NCBI GenBank assembly: GCA_009103225.1
Contig: RHPI01001116.1
Span: 968,861-1,032,860, forward strand
Direction: 5' to 3'
Origin: Chlorokybus atmophyticus
Lineage: Eukaryota > Plantae > Mesostigma and Chlorokybus algae
Length of the DNA: 64,000 bases
Positions within the stretch are counted from its first letter, which is position 1; each line of letters opens with the position of its first letter. The notes beneath the pieces are model-generated. The model was not told where the DNA came from. It did no database searches and saw only the letters and a list, made by a program, of their open reading frames with translations. Both the position numbers and the translations under genes were made by a program. Of the stretch, positions 39,175-51,378 are shown in pieces.

Positions 39175-41269
39175 CTAGGTAAGGGTGCTCAAGTGTCTTG
39201 GCCGGTTTGGCCTTGTTCTCCAGCGTGCGCCCGCCTCCTTGGCCTGTGGGTTGGGGCTAGGATCAACACGCAGGTGGCGCTCGGCGAATGCTTCTGCATA
39301 ATCCCACAGGGGGTCGCCCAACTGGTTCTCACACATTATTGGGTTCCACTCGTAGCGCATGATAATCTCTGCGGCTTCTCTGGCTGTCCTCTCTCTCTGT
39401 TCCAGCTCTGCTCGCCTTGCTTGTTCTTGTGCTGCTTGCTTCTCTGCTGCTTCACGCTTTTCCTCAGCTTGTTCTTCAGCCCTTGCTTGCTTGCGCTGCT
39501 CTTTCTCCCTCTCTTTCAGCATCTTCTTGAGCGCAGATGCCTTCTTTTTTGCTGCTGTTTTCTCTGCCCTGGCTGCAGCTTCTTGCTCTGGTTGTGTCTT
39601 GCATTACTTGGCTGCCTCTTTGCGTGCTTGAATTGCTTCAACTTTTGCTGCCTTCTCTGCATCCTGCCTCTCCAGCTCCTCAGCGATCTCATGAGCAGTC
39701 AACAGCTGTGCTGTCGTCGCACCCCTCCTTTTCTTGGCTGGTGCCTCTGTGTTGAGTGTGCTGTCCTCTGGGGCGTTGGGGTTGTTGTTTTCAGTTGCAT
39801 CTCCTGCCTCTATCGCCTCCAGGAGGCATGAGAGGCCTGGGGGTGGTGGGGGTGCCTCTGTGTCCGTAAAGTACTTGTCCAATGCATGCTTGTTGAGCGG
39901 CCACAATCCACAAGCTCGAAAGCCTGCGATGATGTTGGCAGGGGACAGTCCAGCGTAGTAGGGGTTGACGAGGAGCCTGAGGAATTCTTTGCGGTTGAGC
40001 TCGAAGTTATACCTGGTTTTCATCCGCTTCCTATACTCCTTGCTGTATGCTTCCTTGAAAGGGTGGAAGCATGAAACGTCCAACACTTGCAGGCGGTGTG
40101 TTGTGTGTGGTGGCAAGACAAGGATGTGAAGTCCCTTGTCTTGTGCATAGCGGATCATGCGGGGGTTGTACCTTGAAACGTGACCATCCACCACTAACAG
40201 CGCAGGCCTGGAAGGACTCACCCCTCCAGGAAACCACTTAACAACTTTGCGGATCCAGAGCTCAAAGGATATCAGTTGTCATCTAGGCGTTCTCCTGCGC
40301 GGCAAACCTGGCTCCTGGGACGTCAAAGTCCTTGGCATCAACAGTAAGCCTCTGTCCTTTGATGATCACAAGAGGAGGTACTGCAAGTCCTGTGACTGCG
40401 CACATCAACGTGATGTGCTCTCTGCTGCCCGTGGTTGAACATTGTGCCCACTTGGCTCCACTGCATGCAACAGCACAATCAGCATTGCATGCTTGCATAT
40501 GCATCTAAGTGGGTAATGCATGTGTGCATACTTATGCGTAAGCAAAGCAACTGTTTACCTTTCGCAGATGATTCTTTGGTTTTGCATGCTAGTGTCTGGC
40601 TCTATCCCAACCTCGTCCGCTGATATGATACGCTCAGGTCCAACCCCCAGTTTGGTGACAGTCTCGGCCAGAAGCTCAAAGTAGTGGTACACAATGTCCT
40701 TGCGCAGGGAGACCCTCCTGGACTTATCAAGGGGTTCTGCCTTCCTGCTGGTCAACCCCTTCCTCCTTCTCAAACCAGAAAACCACTTCAGACCAGGTAC
40801 TCCATTCTTGAACAGGCTTGCTCTTTAATCACCCACAAGACGCTTGCCTGCCTCGATGCACACCTCCGTCCATGTTACTCCTCTCCCTCACTTATTGCGG
40901 AATATCACCCACTCTGCTAAGTCATTCTCTTCTGCCTCCGTAAAGATGGTGGCAGCACCTGGTCCCCTATTGTGCATACACTTGTATTACACCCTATTGA
41001 CTAACACTTCAGCTGGCAGTGCATAAGAAAGGGGCTTACTTGTAAAGGGAGAGGTCTGATTGAGCCAGGAACCTGCGCATGGTGGTGTCGGGGATGCCAA
41101 GATCTTTCACAGCATCACTGACTTGCATGCAGCCCTGGTTGATGGAGGAGACAGCCCTCTGAATGTCCTCCATCCGGTCCTGGTATGTGGTGTAGTAACG
41201 CTTGCGCTTGTTGGCAGATGGGGTTTTGGCCTTCACTCGCTTGCCCTGGCCGAGTGCAGCAGAGTGCAT
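39175..41269 (-). pseudogene. pogo/DDE_1 transposase pseudogene with introns
   Basis: psq-like HTH (IQRAVSSI..AVKDLGIPDTTMRR), CENP-B-like HTH (FTEAEENDLAEWV..FKNGVPGLKWF), ISADEVG, LLVVDGHVSR, LPPHTTHRLQVLDVSCFHPFK. In-frame stops at 40888-90 (TGA), 40825-27 (TAA), 40283-85 (TAG), 39604 (TAA) and a +1 frameshift near 40265. Confidence 0.9.
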
Positions 41270-42882
41270 CAGCACAAGGATGCAAACGAGGGTGGTCTGA
41301 GTGGCAACTGTCACAGTGATGACAAACATGCCAATGCATGTGCAACACCCACCCTTGCAGAGCTGCGAGTCACCATGCCCCATGTTGTAGAAGTGGTAGA
41401 GTAGTTGTAGAGGTGGTAGAGTAGTTGTAACTTTGCTGCAGTAGCACTCTAATTGTGTAATGCAACTCTGTTTGTCTCTCTCGGACTGCCACACATGCAC
41501 TTTGCCTTCACACTCTCACTTGCTTGCCCTCTCCACACCCTCCCCGCTAACCTCACAGAAGCATGACCTCACACCAACTGCAACACACACTCCACCAGTG
41601 AGTGATTGTGGGTGTGCAAAGTGCACTGCAACAACCAACAACACGCCCCACCAAGTTACAGCATCCACAATAGCCATTTCTACAACTTCACTTTTTGATC
41701 AATGCGTTGCGCGTTATCCCCAAAAATAGGGTCATGCTAACTCTCTCATTTTCGCGTGAAACTTCATGGAACTTGGTAAACAAGCTCTTAAATCCTACCA
41801 AAACCGAACAAAAAAAACACCATATCAACTGGCGTTTATACAAGAGAGTTATGATCAAACAAAATATAGTAAGACAACACCCCGTTTGAATCAGCATAAT
41901 TATTTAATTTGAAAATTCAAAACTCCCGCTCTACTTGGCCGTTTGGCAAGGTCTTAGGTTCGTTAGGTAGCTCTCGGCCAGCGCTATCCCGGCCTATATT
42001 TTGGCCGGCAAAGACCAACTAGACCGCCAGTTATGGCCAAAAAACGGCCAATCCCCAAGTTAGGGCCCATTCCCAAGTTAGGGACATTTACCCTAGCATA
42101 CACAGGGCTTTTCACGCGCGGACCAGTTGGAGGCGGCGCGCAGACCACGTCTGGTACGCAACGGCGTACCAGTGCCGCGGCTGGTCCGGCGTGACCGGAC
42201 CACTGGTGGTCCGGCCCCGGAGCTGGACGCCATGGTCCGATCAACCGAACTAGGGCTGGTCGCGTGCCCCGCGGCCTGTGGACCGGCACAGCACTGGTAT
42301 GGTATGCGATCCACACGGTAGGACCAGGGCTAATCGCGACTTACGAACCACAGCAGCACTGGTACATGTGAACAGGGGGACCAAGACTGGTGCAAGCTAC
42401 ACTGTAGTACACTGATGTACGACCGTGCATACCATAGATGGTACGCATTGCACTAGATGCACGGTGCTGCACCAAGCACGGTGCCGTGGCTGTCTCAGCG
42501 TACGGACCGGTCCTTGCACACGTCAGCAAGTAGGCTAAGATGAGTTCAAGCCAGCCGGAAAGCCCGAGGGGGTTTCAGTGTCTCAAAAACGTTGACTGCA
42601 GGCGACTGCGATTAACACCGTTCGCCGTCTGTTGACGCTCCCAAGAGTAGATTTGGTCGACAAGAGTCGGCTGATGTCGACGCTTAACGGCGTCTGTGTG
42701 GACACTGAAGATTGATACTGGTTGCTCCAAGTCGACGTTATGGTCGCTGCAACGGTATCAACCTGAGCGCGCTCATTTTGCAAAATTCAAACGTGTTGAT
42801 GTCATTGGCAGGGTGTGGAGCTCATTGTTCGGGGGGGCGGTAATAGCGAGTACTGGGTTGGCGGTGGCCGCAGGGGCGCGAG

Positions 42883-43380
42883 ATGGGTAGTCATGGTGGT
42901 CATCGTGGTGAGGGTGGGGACGATAGGGGTGGTGGCTTGTTTGGGTCTCCTGCTAACGATGAGGTTAGCGGGGATGCTGGGGAGCGCTGTGAGGACGCAT
43001 CTCAGGCCGACGCTGGCCGTGAACGTGGGCGCGAGGTTGCTGAGGAGCGCACTGCGAGTTCACCTGCTGATGAGGCTGCTAAGAAGCGGCGTAGGCTCCA
43101 GCAGGCTGCATCGGCCCGGAAGTACAGAGCCAAGAGGAAGGATGTGATCGAGACATTGCGTGCCGACCTCAACCTGTCTGATGGTATGCCAGACAGTGAG
43201 GTGCTCATCCAAGTTGCCTGTTCGGGGCGGTGCTGGAAGTTGCAGTCTGATCGCCGCACTCTGGTGATGTTGAATGTAAGTTATGCAGTAATGTTAGCTG
43301 TGGTTGCATGTAAGTTGTTTCACTCACTTGCGCATACTCAAGGTTCTGAAGGGTCTTGGTTTGCAGGGTGTGCATCCTGA
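42883..43380 (+). CDS. ORF/gene fragment with bZIP-like basic region
   Basis: KKRRRLQQAASARKYRAKRKDVIETL (43081-43158) fits Q-x7-R-x9-L (bZIP N-x7-R/K-x9-L with N>Q); zipper not continued; gene structure uncertain. Confidence 0.4.
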   Translation: MGSHGGHRGEGGDDRGGGLFGSPANDEVSGDAGERCEDASQADAGRERGREVAEERTASSPADEAAKKRRRLQQAASARKYRAKRKDVIETLRADLNLSDGMPDSEVLIQVACSGRCWKLQSDRRTLVMLNVSYAVMLAVVACKLFHSLAHTQGSEGSWFAGCAS

Positions 43381-43758
43381 GTGGCGTCTGCCTGGCTCTG
43401 CTGGCTCGCAAGAAGCTAATGCGGCATGAGTTCAAGCCTGAAGCCGGCCAGACAACGGCAGGCATTGCCTTGCCGGCTGGAGTTATCCTAAGCGTTGGCA
43501 GCAGTGTTTGCTGCCGCAGCACTGCTTGCTGCCGCAGCACTGCCTCGGCTGCTGCCGACAACAAGGTAAAGGCGGCGGAGTTGGCGCCTGGTTGCTGACC
43601 GCGCAGCTTACCAGCAGCCCCAGGCCGATGAGATTTATGGCGTTTTTACATTGTCACTTAGCGTGTAGGACACGGTGAGCGCTGATGTCCAGCAAACAAC
43701 GCATTCTACATGTATGCTTCCACACCGCTCATGAGGAAGCATGCAAGTAAGCGGCTGG

Positions 43759-43813
43759 TGCAATCTCACTGTAGTTTCTCACTGTTTCAGTGAGAAACTA
43801 CAGTGAGATTGCA
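43759..43813. repeat. Perfect inverted repeat (26-bp stem, 3-nt loop)
   Basis: TGCAATCTCACTGTAGTTTCTCACTG-ttt-CAGTGAGAAACTACAGTGAGATTGCA. Confidence 0.95.
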
Positions 43814-44172
43814 TTTCAATAGTTTCACTGTCATTCTGCTGCTTAAAAGGGTGGGAGATCCCCACAGCTTCCCCGCCGTTGCTTGCTGGTTGTTGCTGTT
43901 GCATGCCCAGTTGATGCTGCCGCTGCTGCAGCCTGGCATGGCTTGGCGTGATTTGTTTTTACTATGGTTTTGACATTGCCGTAAGCTTAGCTTAGCTTGC
44001 AGCTGTCATTCTTCAATGGTCATGCAGTATGCCGTGGCTGTATGCACAGCCGCTGCTTCAGCGGGAGCAGAGGTTGGTTGTTGGTTAGGGTTAGTTGATG
44101 ATGTTAACTGTTTTCGTGCTGTTTTTGCTGTCTTCCTGCTGCTGTCGTGCTTTGAGACAAACACATGGAGAC

Positions 44173-44402
<230 letters not shown>

Positions 44403-45716
44403 TCCCTATCCCTAGGGACCACCTTACGGTACACGGTGCCGGAGGAGCTTGTCCATTAGGCCGTTTACGAGCGCTGGGAGCAACGGCCGGTGAGACCACA
44501 ACGAGCCCACACATTTGGCAAGTAGCATATAACTTTGTTAAGCATACAAGGCAAGTACACACGCACAGCTGGCTTGCACGTGTATTTCAGTGGTACTGTA
44601 ATGTACACCCGTGCATGCATGCGTCAAACTGCCCAACCAGCTTAGGGACGTGTTCGTTTACTCCCACAGCCACAAGTACTATGTACACATGCCTGCTTCA
44701 CGCACTCACCCACCCACTGCTGCACCCACTCACCTTCTTACGTACATGCTTGCAAGCGCACGCACAAGCGCACGGGCATGCGCGCACGGGCATGCGCGTT
44801 CACGCACGCATGTGCTCTGTGTCACGCATACATATGCACTCAAACAAACAATTTTGAGGATCTGGCTATGGATCGGTAGCAACTGCTTCATAGGCACAGT
44901 CCAGTGCAGCTCATGAAGCAGTTGCTATCAGTGGGCTCATTGCGCTCAGATTATTGTGATTAATGCGGCAAAGTCCGTGTGGTTGACTAATGCGCATGCA
45001 TACCTTTCTTCTTATGCAGCCAGACCAAGTCGGCAATTATTGCTGCTAGCTTAATCACTTAATAGCTGAGCTAATGCAACTGTGCATGTTGACTTCTCAG
45101 CTGCGTCACGCATGGTGCCTCCGCAGCTGTGCATTGGCTATGGGTTGTTCAAACGCCGGCGCTTTGCATGATTGCTATTGCAAGCTGACTTGCTGAGTCG
45201 TGCAGGTTGCCAATATAAAGTGCCAACCACGTGGATGGTGTCTTATTACCAAGCAGCTGCACAATGCCTACTTCACAGTCCCGTAGGAGTGAGCACATGT
45301 GTTTTTGTGCATAAGGTACACTCACACAATGCAGGCGCGCACGTGCGTGTGCATAGGCATGCATGTGTTTTGCATAGGTATGCATGTGTGCGCATGTATG
45401 TTTATGTGTGTGTGCGTGTGCATGTGCACGCAGGTGCGTGCGTCCGCTTGTGGTTAGGCGTGTGCATGACTGTTTGTGCGCAGGTCACCCTGGGCATCAT
45501 TGTCGGTGGGGGAAGCCCGATGCGACTCTGCTCAGAGCGCGGGGTTGGGGGGGTGCTGCAACTAGGTGCACCCGCTGGACCTCAAGGGGAGCGGAGGGAA
45601 GGGGTAATGAAAGTATGTGCTTGCGCATGCATGTGCATTTGCATGCGCATGTATATGCGCGTGCATGTGACATGTGCTTGTTGTGACACACGCACATACA
45701 CACATTTGTTGAATGG

Positions 45717-47210
45717 GGCTCATAGACCGCACTGTTGCCATAGGCTGGCTCATAGGCTGCAGTGTCCGCACTGTCCAGTGCAGCCTATGAGCGTTTGCCA
45801 TATGCGGGCTCATAGGCTGTACTGTCTAGTGCAGCGTATGAGGCGGTTGGTATAGTAGGGCGCATAGGCACCGCACTGATTAGAGCCGCCTATGAGAGCG
45901 GTTTGACACTTTGTTTGTTGGTTTGCTATCAAGCAAGCAAGGGCACGAAGCAATGCAATGCAACACATACTTATACATGTGTGTGCAGGCTGTGTATAGT
46001 TGCACAACTGTTGTATAGAGGAGCATGTACCCCCTCCACACCGTTGCAACGCCTCGCCAGGCGATAGCTGCAAGGAGCGTCTCAGGCATATGGTGCAGGT
46101 GCATGCGTGCGTAGTTGTGTTCATGCTTGCGTGTGAATCTGTCGGCAACTTTACATGTATACAAATACACGTTTGCTCACTCACCTGTCCCCTAAACAAA
46201 ACATTGCCAGCCCACCACGCCCTGGACGCTGCGCAAGGCCAGCAGCGCGGTGGTGAACCGGGGTTGCAGGCCTTACCATCGGTGGGAAAAGCCTGATGCT
46301 ACTGCGCTTGTCAGGGCGCGCGAGGGGGCTGCTACACTGAGATTCAACTGCTGAAACGCAGGTGAGCGGAGGGGGAAGGGAAACGGAAACGGAAGGGCGA
46401 GGGGGCTCGCACGCGCAAAGCGCACAGGCATGTGCGTGTGCAATTATGCATGTGCGTGCAAGTATGCATGTGCTTTTTATTACGCATGCATGCATTTACA
46501 CACATGCACACATTTGTTACAATCGACTCATAGACTGCATTGAACAGTGCGGCCTACGAGCAAGTTGCTGTAGACTGGCTCGTAGACCGCACTTCAATGC
46601 GGTCTATGAGGCAGTTTTGCATGTACAGTATGCATGTGAACGGTGTGCCCCCCCTCCCCCCCCGCCCCCGCCCCCCGCTTCCTTATTCAAGAGATGTGCG
46701 CACGCACACACATGCAAGCACGCACGCATGCGCATGGACTCATGCACATGTTAGCGCTTGCGCGCAGGTATGTGAACACGTGCAGGTCAGCAAACAGCAA
46801 CCCAAGCTGGCAGTCAGCCCGCTGCTGACAAGAGAGAAGTTGTAGTGCACGGCGCTCAGCGGCTGCATATGCAAGCACTACGTTGCTCGAACTTCCCCCG
46901 TGCTCCCACTTCAAGGTGCGCTGAGTGCGTGTGTGTGTTGTGAAACATAGCTCATGCGTGATTGAGTACACACCTATTCGGGCTTGTAGACCGCACTGCC
47001 CACACAGGCATGCGCAAGCATGCAAGGGCTTGTTGTCACGCACGCATGAACGTGTCATACATACATAGGCCTATGAGCGAACCTCATAGGCAAACCAAAT
47101 CGGGCTGCATGCATGCTACACAGATTATGAGGCTGCACTATCAAGTGCGCATGCGGACTATGGGCTGGCTCATAGGCCGCACTGGTCAGTGCGGTCGATA
47201 AGCCAACGAA
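45717..47210. repeat. Dispersed array of short palindromic units (GCTCATAGRCYGCACTG-N2-CAGTGCRGYCTATGAGC-like)
   Basis: Roughly ten full or half copies around 45717-45900, 46524-46610 and 46980-47210. Confidence 0.75.
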
Positions 47211-48023
47211 GTACAGTCATTAGAGTATCAGAGTTTTAGAAGTCATAGGCGGATGTGAGGAAGCGCCTGTATAGGCAGGCCTGCATACATGCATATGTCG
47301 GTAAGTGCATTCGGTTTGTTGCATGCACACGCAGACATCAATAGCTGACAATTGCACATGTGCGCGCATGCAAATTGCGCAAACCAGCAGGTGTGATGCA
47401 ATCACGAGGGGTAAAGAGCGCGTACTAAACCGGGCATCATGTACCACCCTGTGCTGTAAAACTCTAGGTGCGTGATTGTCTATGTGCGCGTGGGCGCGTG
47501 TACCATAGTTTGTTGTGCTTATAATATTTGTTTATGAGTTATTTGTCTTTTGCTTGCAGATTGTACGTGGGTGTGCCGATAGTACGTACGGTGTAGTGGT
47601 GGTTATAGCTTTATGATTGTATGCACAACACGAAGCAATGATGATAAACATCTGTTGATGTTCCTGTGGCTCTGTAAGCATTGAGTGCTGCTGCGTGCAT
47701 GCCGTTCGCATGCTTGATGAGCGCCATAGCCCTGTACATGACTACATGTAGTTGATTGGCACAATGTGGCATACTTCACAAGGGCAGGCAGTTAGCTCAG
47801 CATGTGCTCGTGGCTTTTGCACGTCATTAGGCCATGACGAGCAGACGCCCATTGGGCCATCTGATCGTCATGGCCTGGTGGGTGTTATGGCAACCGCAGC
47901 AGCGCCACAAGCCATGGGCTGGCTTGGGCGCCACCAGGCCAGCATGACCAGGCCAGCGGCGTGGCCTGGTGCTCTTGGTGTGGAGCACCAGGCCGCCCGC
48001 CAGGCCGCCAGCAGCGGCGGCCC

Positions 48024-48081
48024 AACTGCGGTCAGCTGCGGTAAGTAAATTGCGGCTTACTTGCCGCAGCTGACCGCAGTT
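48024..48081. repeat. Inverted repeat (25-bp stem with one G-U, 8-nt loop)
   Basis: AACTGCGGTCAGCTGCGGTAAGTAA-attgcggc-TTACTTGCCGCAGCTGACCGCAGTT. Confidence 0.9.
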
Positions 48082-50439
48082 AACCGCCCAAGCACATATA
48101 TTTGCATTTAATCAGTGCCGATCAATTGTTTATTTTTGCTCTATCATGCGACGCGCACCAGCCATGGTTTATAGGTACGGACCATGGCTCCATTCACAGG
48201 CAATCAGACTTGCCACAATGGTATTAGATTAATGCTGGTCCCTTCATTTAACACAAAGAACCATAGTCGGTGCGATTGGTATCGGTTTGTGACTGGAAGC
48301 AGCTCTAGCCCGATTTTGGGGGGGACCAAGCGTGACATTTACGTAACTTTTGCGCCAGCCCTGATCCCCACGCGCAAACCAGGGCAGGCGACCCTGGTCC
48401 GGACCCCAAGCCGCCCGGGCGTTTTGGCCCGAGTCCGTATGTGCGGACCAGGGCTGGTCCGTGGAAAAAATTCCGTGTGATAGAGGCTATATGTTGATGA
48501 TTGCGAAGCGCGGCGGTATGAGGACAAGCAGGAGCGTTCATTCATTAGCACGCATGATGTCGCAATCACCACCTGAGTGTGCTCCTAGCCACTCAATGCC
48601 AATGCAATGCAACTGCTCACCGCAACGCCGTCGCTTATGCCAGGGAATGCGGGGACATAAAATGCACTCGCATCACACAACCAGCACATACGTCTGCAAG
48701 TGGCAGCACACACATGCACAAGCTGTGTGCAATGATATTGTGCATGCACTTAGGCCATGCATGCCCTCAACATGCGAAGGGGATACACACATGCAATAGC
48801 AGTGTGTAAGACTACTGCATGCACACAGACATGCATGCTGACATATACAATAGTGTGTAAGGATGTTGCATGCACATGCACATGCATGCACACATAGCAG
48901 AACAAAACACACAAGAGCAGATGCGGCTGGGCAGGGGTTGTCCACAACAACAGGTAGTTCAGGAAGTGGGAGGCGCATGTTCTTCAATGCGAGCGTCAAC
49001 TAGAGGAAACACACCCCAAACCCTAGGTAGAACACCCAGAAACGCCCCCCCACACAGGAGGGTAATGAAGGCCCCTTTAACAGCTAAGCCAAGCACCCCA
49101 TACACACAGCAAGTGAGCACTAGGCTGAGTCAAAATGAACCTTTAACACCATGCTGGCCTAGCCTATTATACTCATCCATGTTGCCTTCCCACTTGGCCA
49201 TAGGTGAGATGAAAAGCCATTATGGCCTTTTCGCCAACACTGTGCTGACACATCAGATTCTCTTAGCCATACAGGTCTTCAAGAGGTACTATCATATGCA
49301 ACTGGCATATGCCAACATGGTGTGACATATGTCACCTCAGCCATGTTTATCAATGGCTACTGTACCACACACAATACACGGATGTGACACATGTCTCATC
49401 AATTCTCACATGTCTCATCAGCAACTTATTAATGGCATGTACACTGATCAACTTTATGGCTGCTGATTAGTGCCTTGTACAACTCATCTTGCCCAAGGCT
49501 CATGAGCTTAAGGACTTACTGCATAAGCAAACCACTTGGGTACTACAGACCCAAGCAGTTGAACTCCCATACAATCATGCTGTCAACACAGCTGTAGCAG
49601 CATGAGAGTGAGCATGCCGTGCCTGTTATGCGTGACACCGGCAGGCCGAGATTCAAGCGTAGCGGAGGTGCTGTGCTGTGCATTGTTCATCAATCGCATC
49701 ATGCGAGTCGCATGGCTATTATTATTCATCATGTTACAGTGTCAAGCAAACTGGAGGATATTGTGATAAGTAGAGCATAATTTCTTTTTATGCATGTGCG
49801 GCGCGAACGTTAGAATTCTATTATATGCGCCACAATCGCGCAAGCTTTGTCACATCTGGATGAGCATTCGCTCTATATTTGCTCGAGCAATGCTAGATTA
49901 GGCATTGACCGCTTTGTTTTAATATAATGGCGCACAATTAATGTGTTAATGTAGTATAAAATTTGATCTTGAAATGTTAACACACATATGTTAATCTTTG
50001 ATGTTTGTTATATCATCATGACATTGTGCAATCAATGAGACATACATTTGTACATGACATGTGAAGTGCTATGTATGTGAATTCTTAAGATTTAGATAAG
50101 CATTAGATGTGCTTAACACGATGTTAACTTGCAATGGTCACAATGTGCTTAATTCGAAGATGTCACACCTTGCTGCAAGCTCAAAAATAATGACGACCAA
50201 CGCTGCTTAAAGTTGAGGGTAGACTGTAATATATCGACTTGATATGCGTTACATTACAAATGTGCTAATTAATCATGCAGAAAAGGCAACATGTTTCACT
50301 GACGATGTGATGGCTTACGAAGAAGTTACGATTGCCGTGTGTACCGAGTATGCAGATGATCATATGTGATAAATAGCACTCATTTTGGCTGTAAACTTAT
50401 CGGCCGTATAGGCCGATGAAAGCCTCATGTGGCCCCGGC

Positions 50440-50445
50440 CACGTG
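50440..50445. promoter_or_regulatory. G-box CACGTG upstream of array gene A (also at 56039 and 60759)
   Basis: CCACGTGG conserved in all three units, ~0.9 kb upstream of each ATG; function not shown. Confidence 0.35.
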
Positions 50446-51378
50446 GCCGCCCGTGGCATCATATCGTTTAACATTGCTTATACAGAGTTCGGATGTAGCC
50501 CGCTTCACAGGCATAGGCCGGCAGCAAGTCAGCGGCGGCGTGGGGGGCGGCTTGCGGTTGGTTGTCGCTGTCGCTGGCAGGAGGGGTAGACGGAGAGGGT
50601 GAGGGCGCTGCGCTAGTCGTAATCGTAGGATAAAAAACCTGAGTGGTGACCGGTGGTTGGTGCCACAGCTGGGCGGCGCTTACGGGATTGGGGACTGACG
50701 TTGCGGAGGAGCGAGCAGCTGTTGGCCCCCCTTGGCAGACAGCCTTAGTCTCAGCTCGCTTGTGGCCTCGCCTGCAGCAGCTGAGGCGCCCCGTCGCTCT
50801 CTTCGTCCTTTGTCGTTGCATGTAAGTGCCAACCCTCCCCTTGCTGCCAAGTCACCCGTCTGGCTGTGCCGTGTTATTGTTGTGGCAACGTACTCGTGCT
50901 CTTTTCTGCTGGCTGCTGGGATTCAGTACTGGTGTGGCACCAGTAGTAGTAATAGTAGTGGTAAGTAGTTTACTGAGAGCGTCAAGCAGAAACCTGCTCC
51001 CCACCCGCTTCTGGCAATGCAACTGACATTGACAACGGGGGACAGATGTTGCCGAGCATTGTGTGCCGTCCACTCTGTGAACTTGAATGCGTCACCATCA
51101 CCTGACCTTCTGCAGACTCTGATGCAGAGAGTCGAGTGGTGGTGTTGCATTCAATGCAAGGCACTGGAAACCTTCCGCGGCAGGGAATGTAATGCAGGGT
51201 GTCCTTCATCTCTCATCTGTACGCATCCGTACGCATCAGCATGCAGGCGGATAGCGTCTCATCTGGCATGCTGCTTGTGCCTTCGAGTTACCTGCACCTG
51301 CCTACCGTATGTAGTGTCTTGGTTCTTACTTGCTTTTGTCTGTGCTGCCCAGCAACGACACCGAGTTCCAAACCTACA

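Larger units (their letters stand above)
38526..42093 (-). mobile_element. pogo/Fot1-type (Tc1/mariner superfamily) DNA transposon, 3568 bp, intact ends
   Basis: Perfect 22-bp TIRs GGGTAAATGTCCCTAACTTGGG at 38526-38547 and (rc) 42072-42093, each flanked by TA; internal DDE_1 transposase remnant. Confidence 0.92.

Noticed and set aside
39604-40890. Alternative genetic code (TAA/TAG = Gln, as in some Ulvophyceae) explaining transposase stops
   Set aside because: PsbP and RRP5 end in TAA, a TGA stop and frameshifts are also present, and one TAG replaces a conserved Trp.
45717-47210. CRISPR-like repeat-spacer array
   Set aside because: Eukaryotic context, irregular spacing, degenerate repeats and no cas genes.
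50468-50825. Recurrent ORFs at the unit heads (MQRQRTKRATG.. minus; MVTGGWCHSW.. plus)
   Set aside because: They recur only because the DNA is duplicated; frames are broken in unit B and no domain is recognisable. More likely 5' UTR/promoter.
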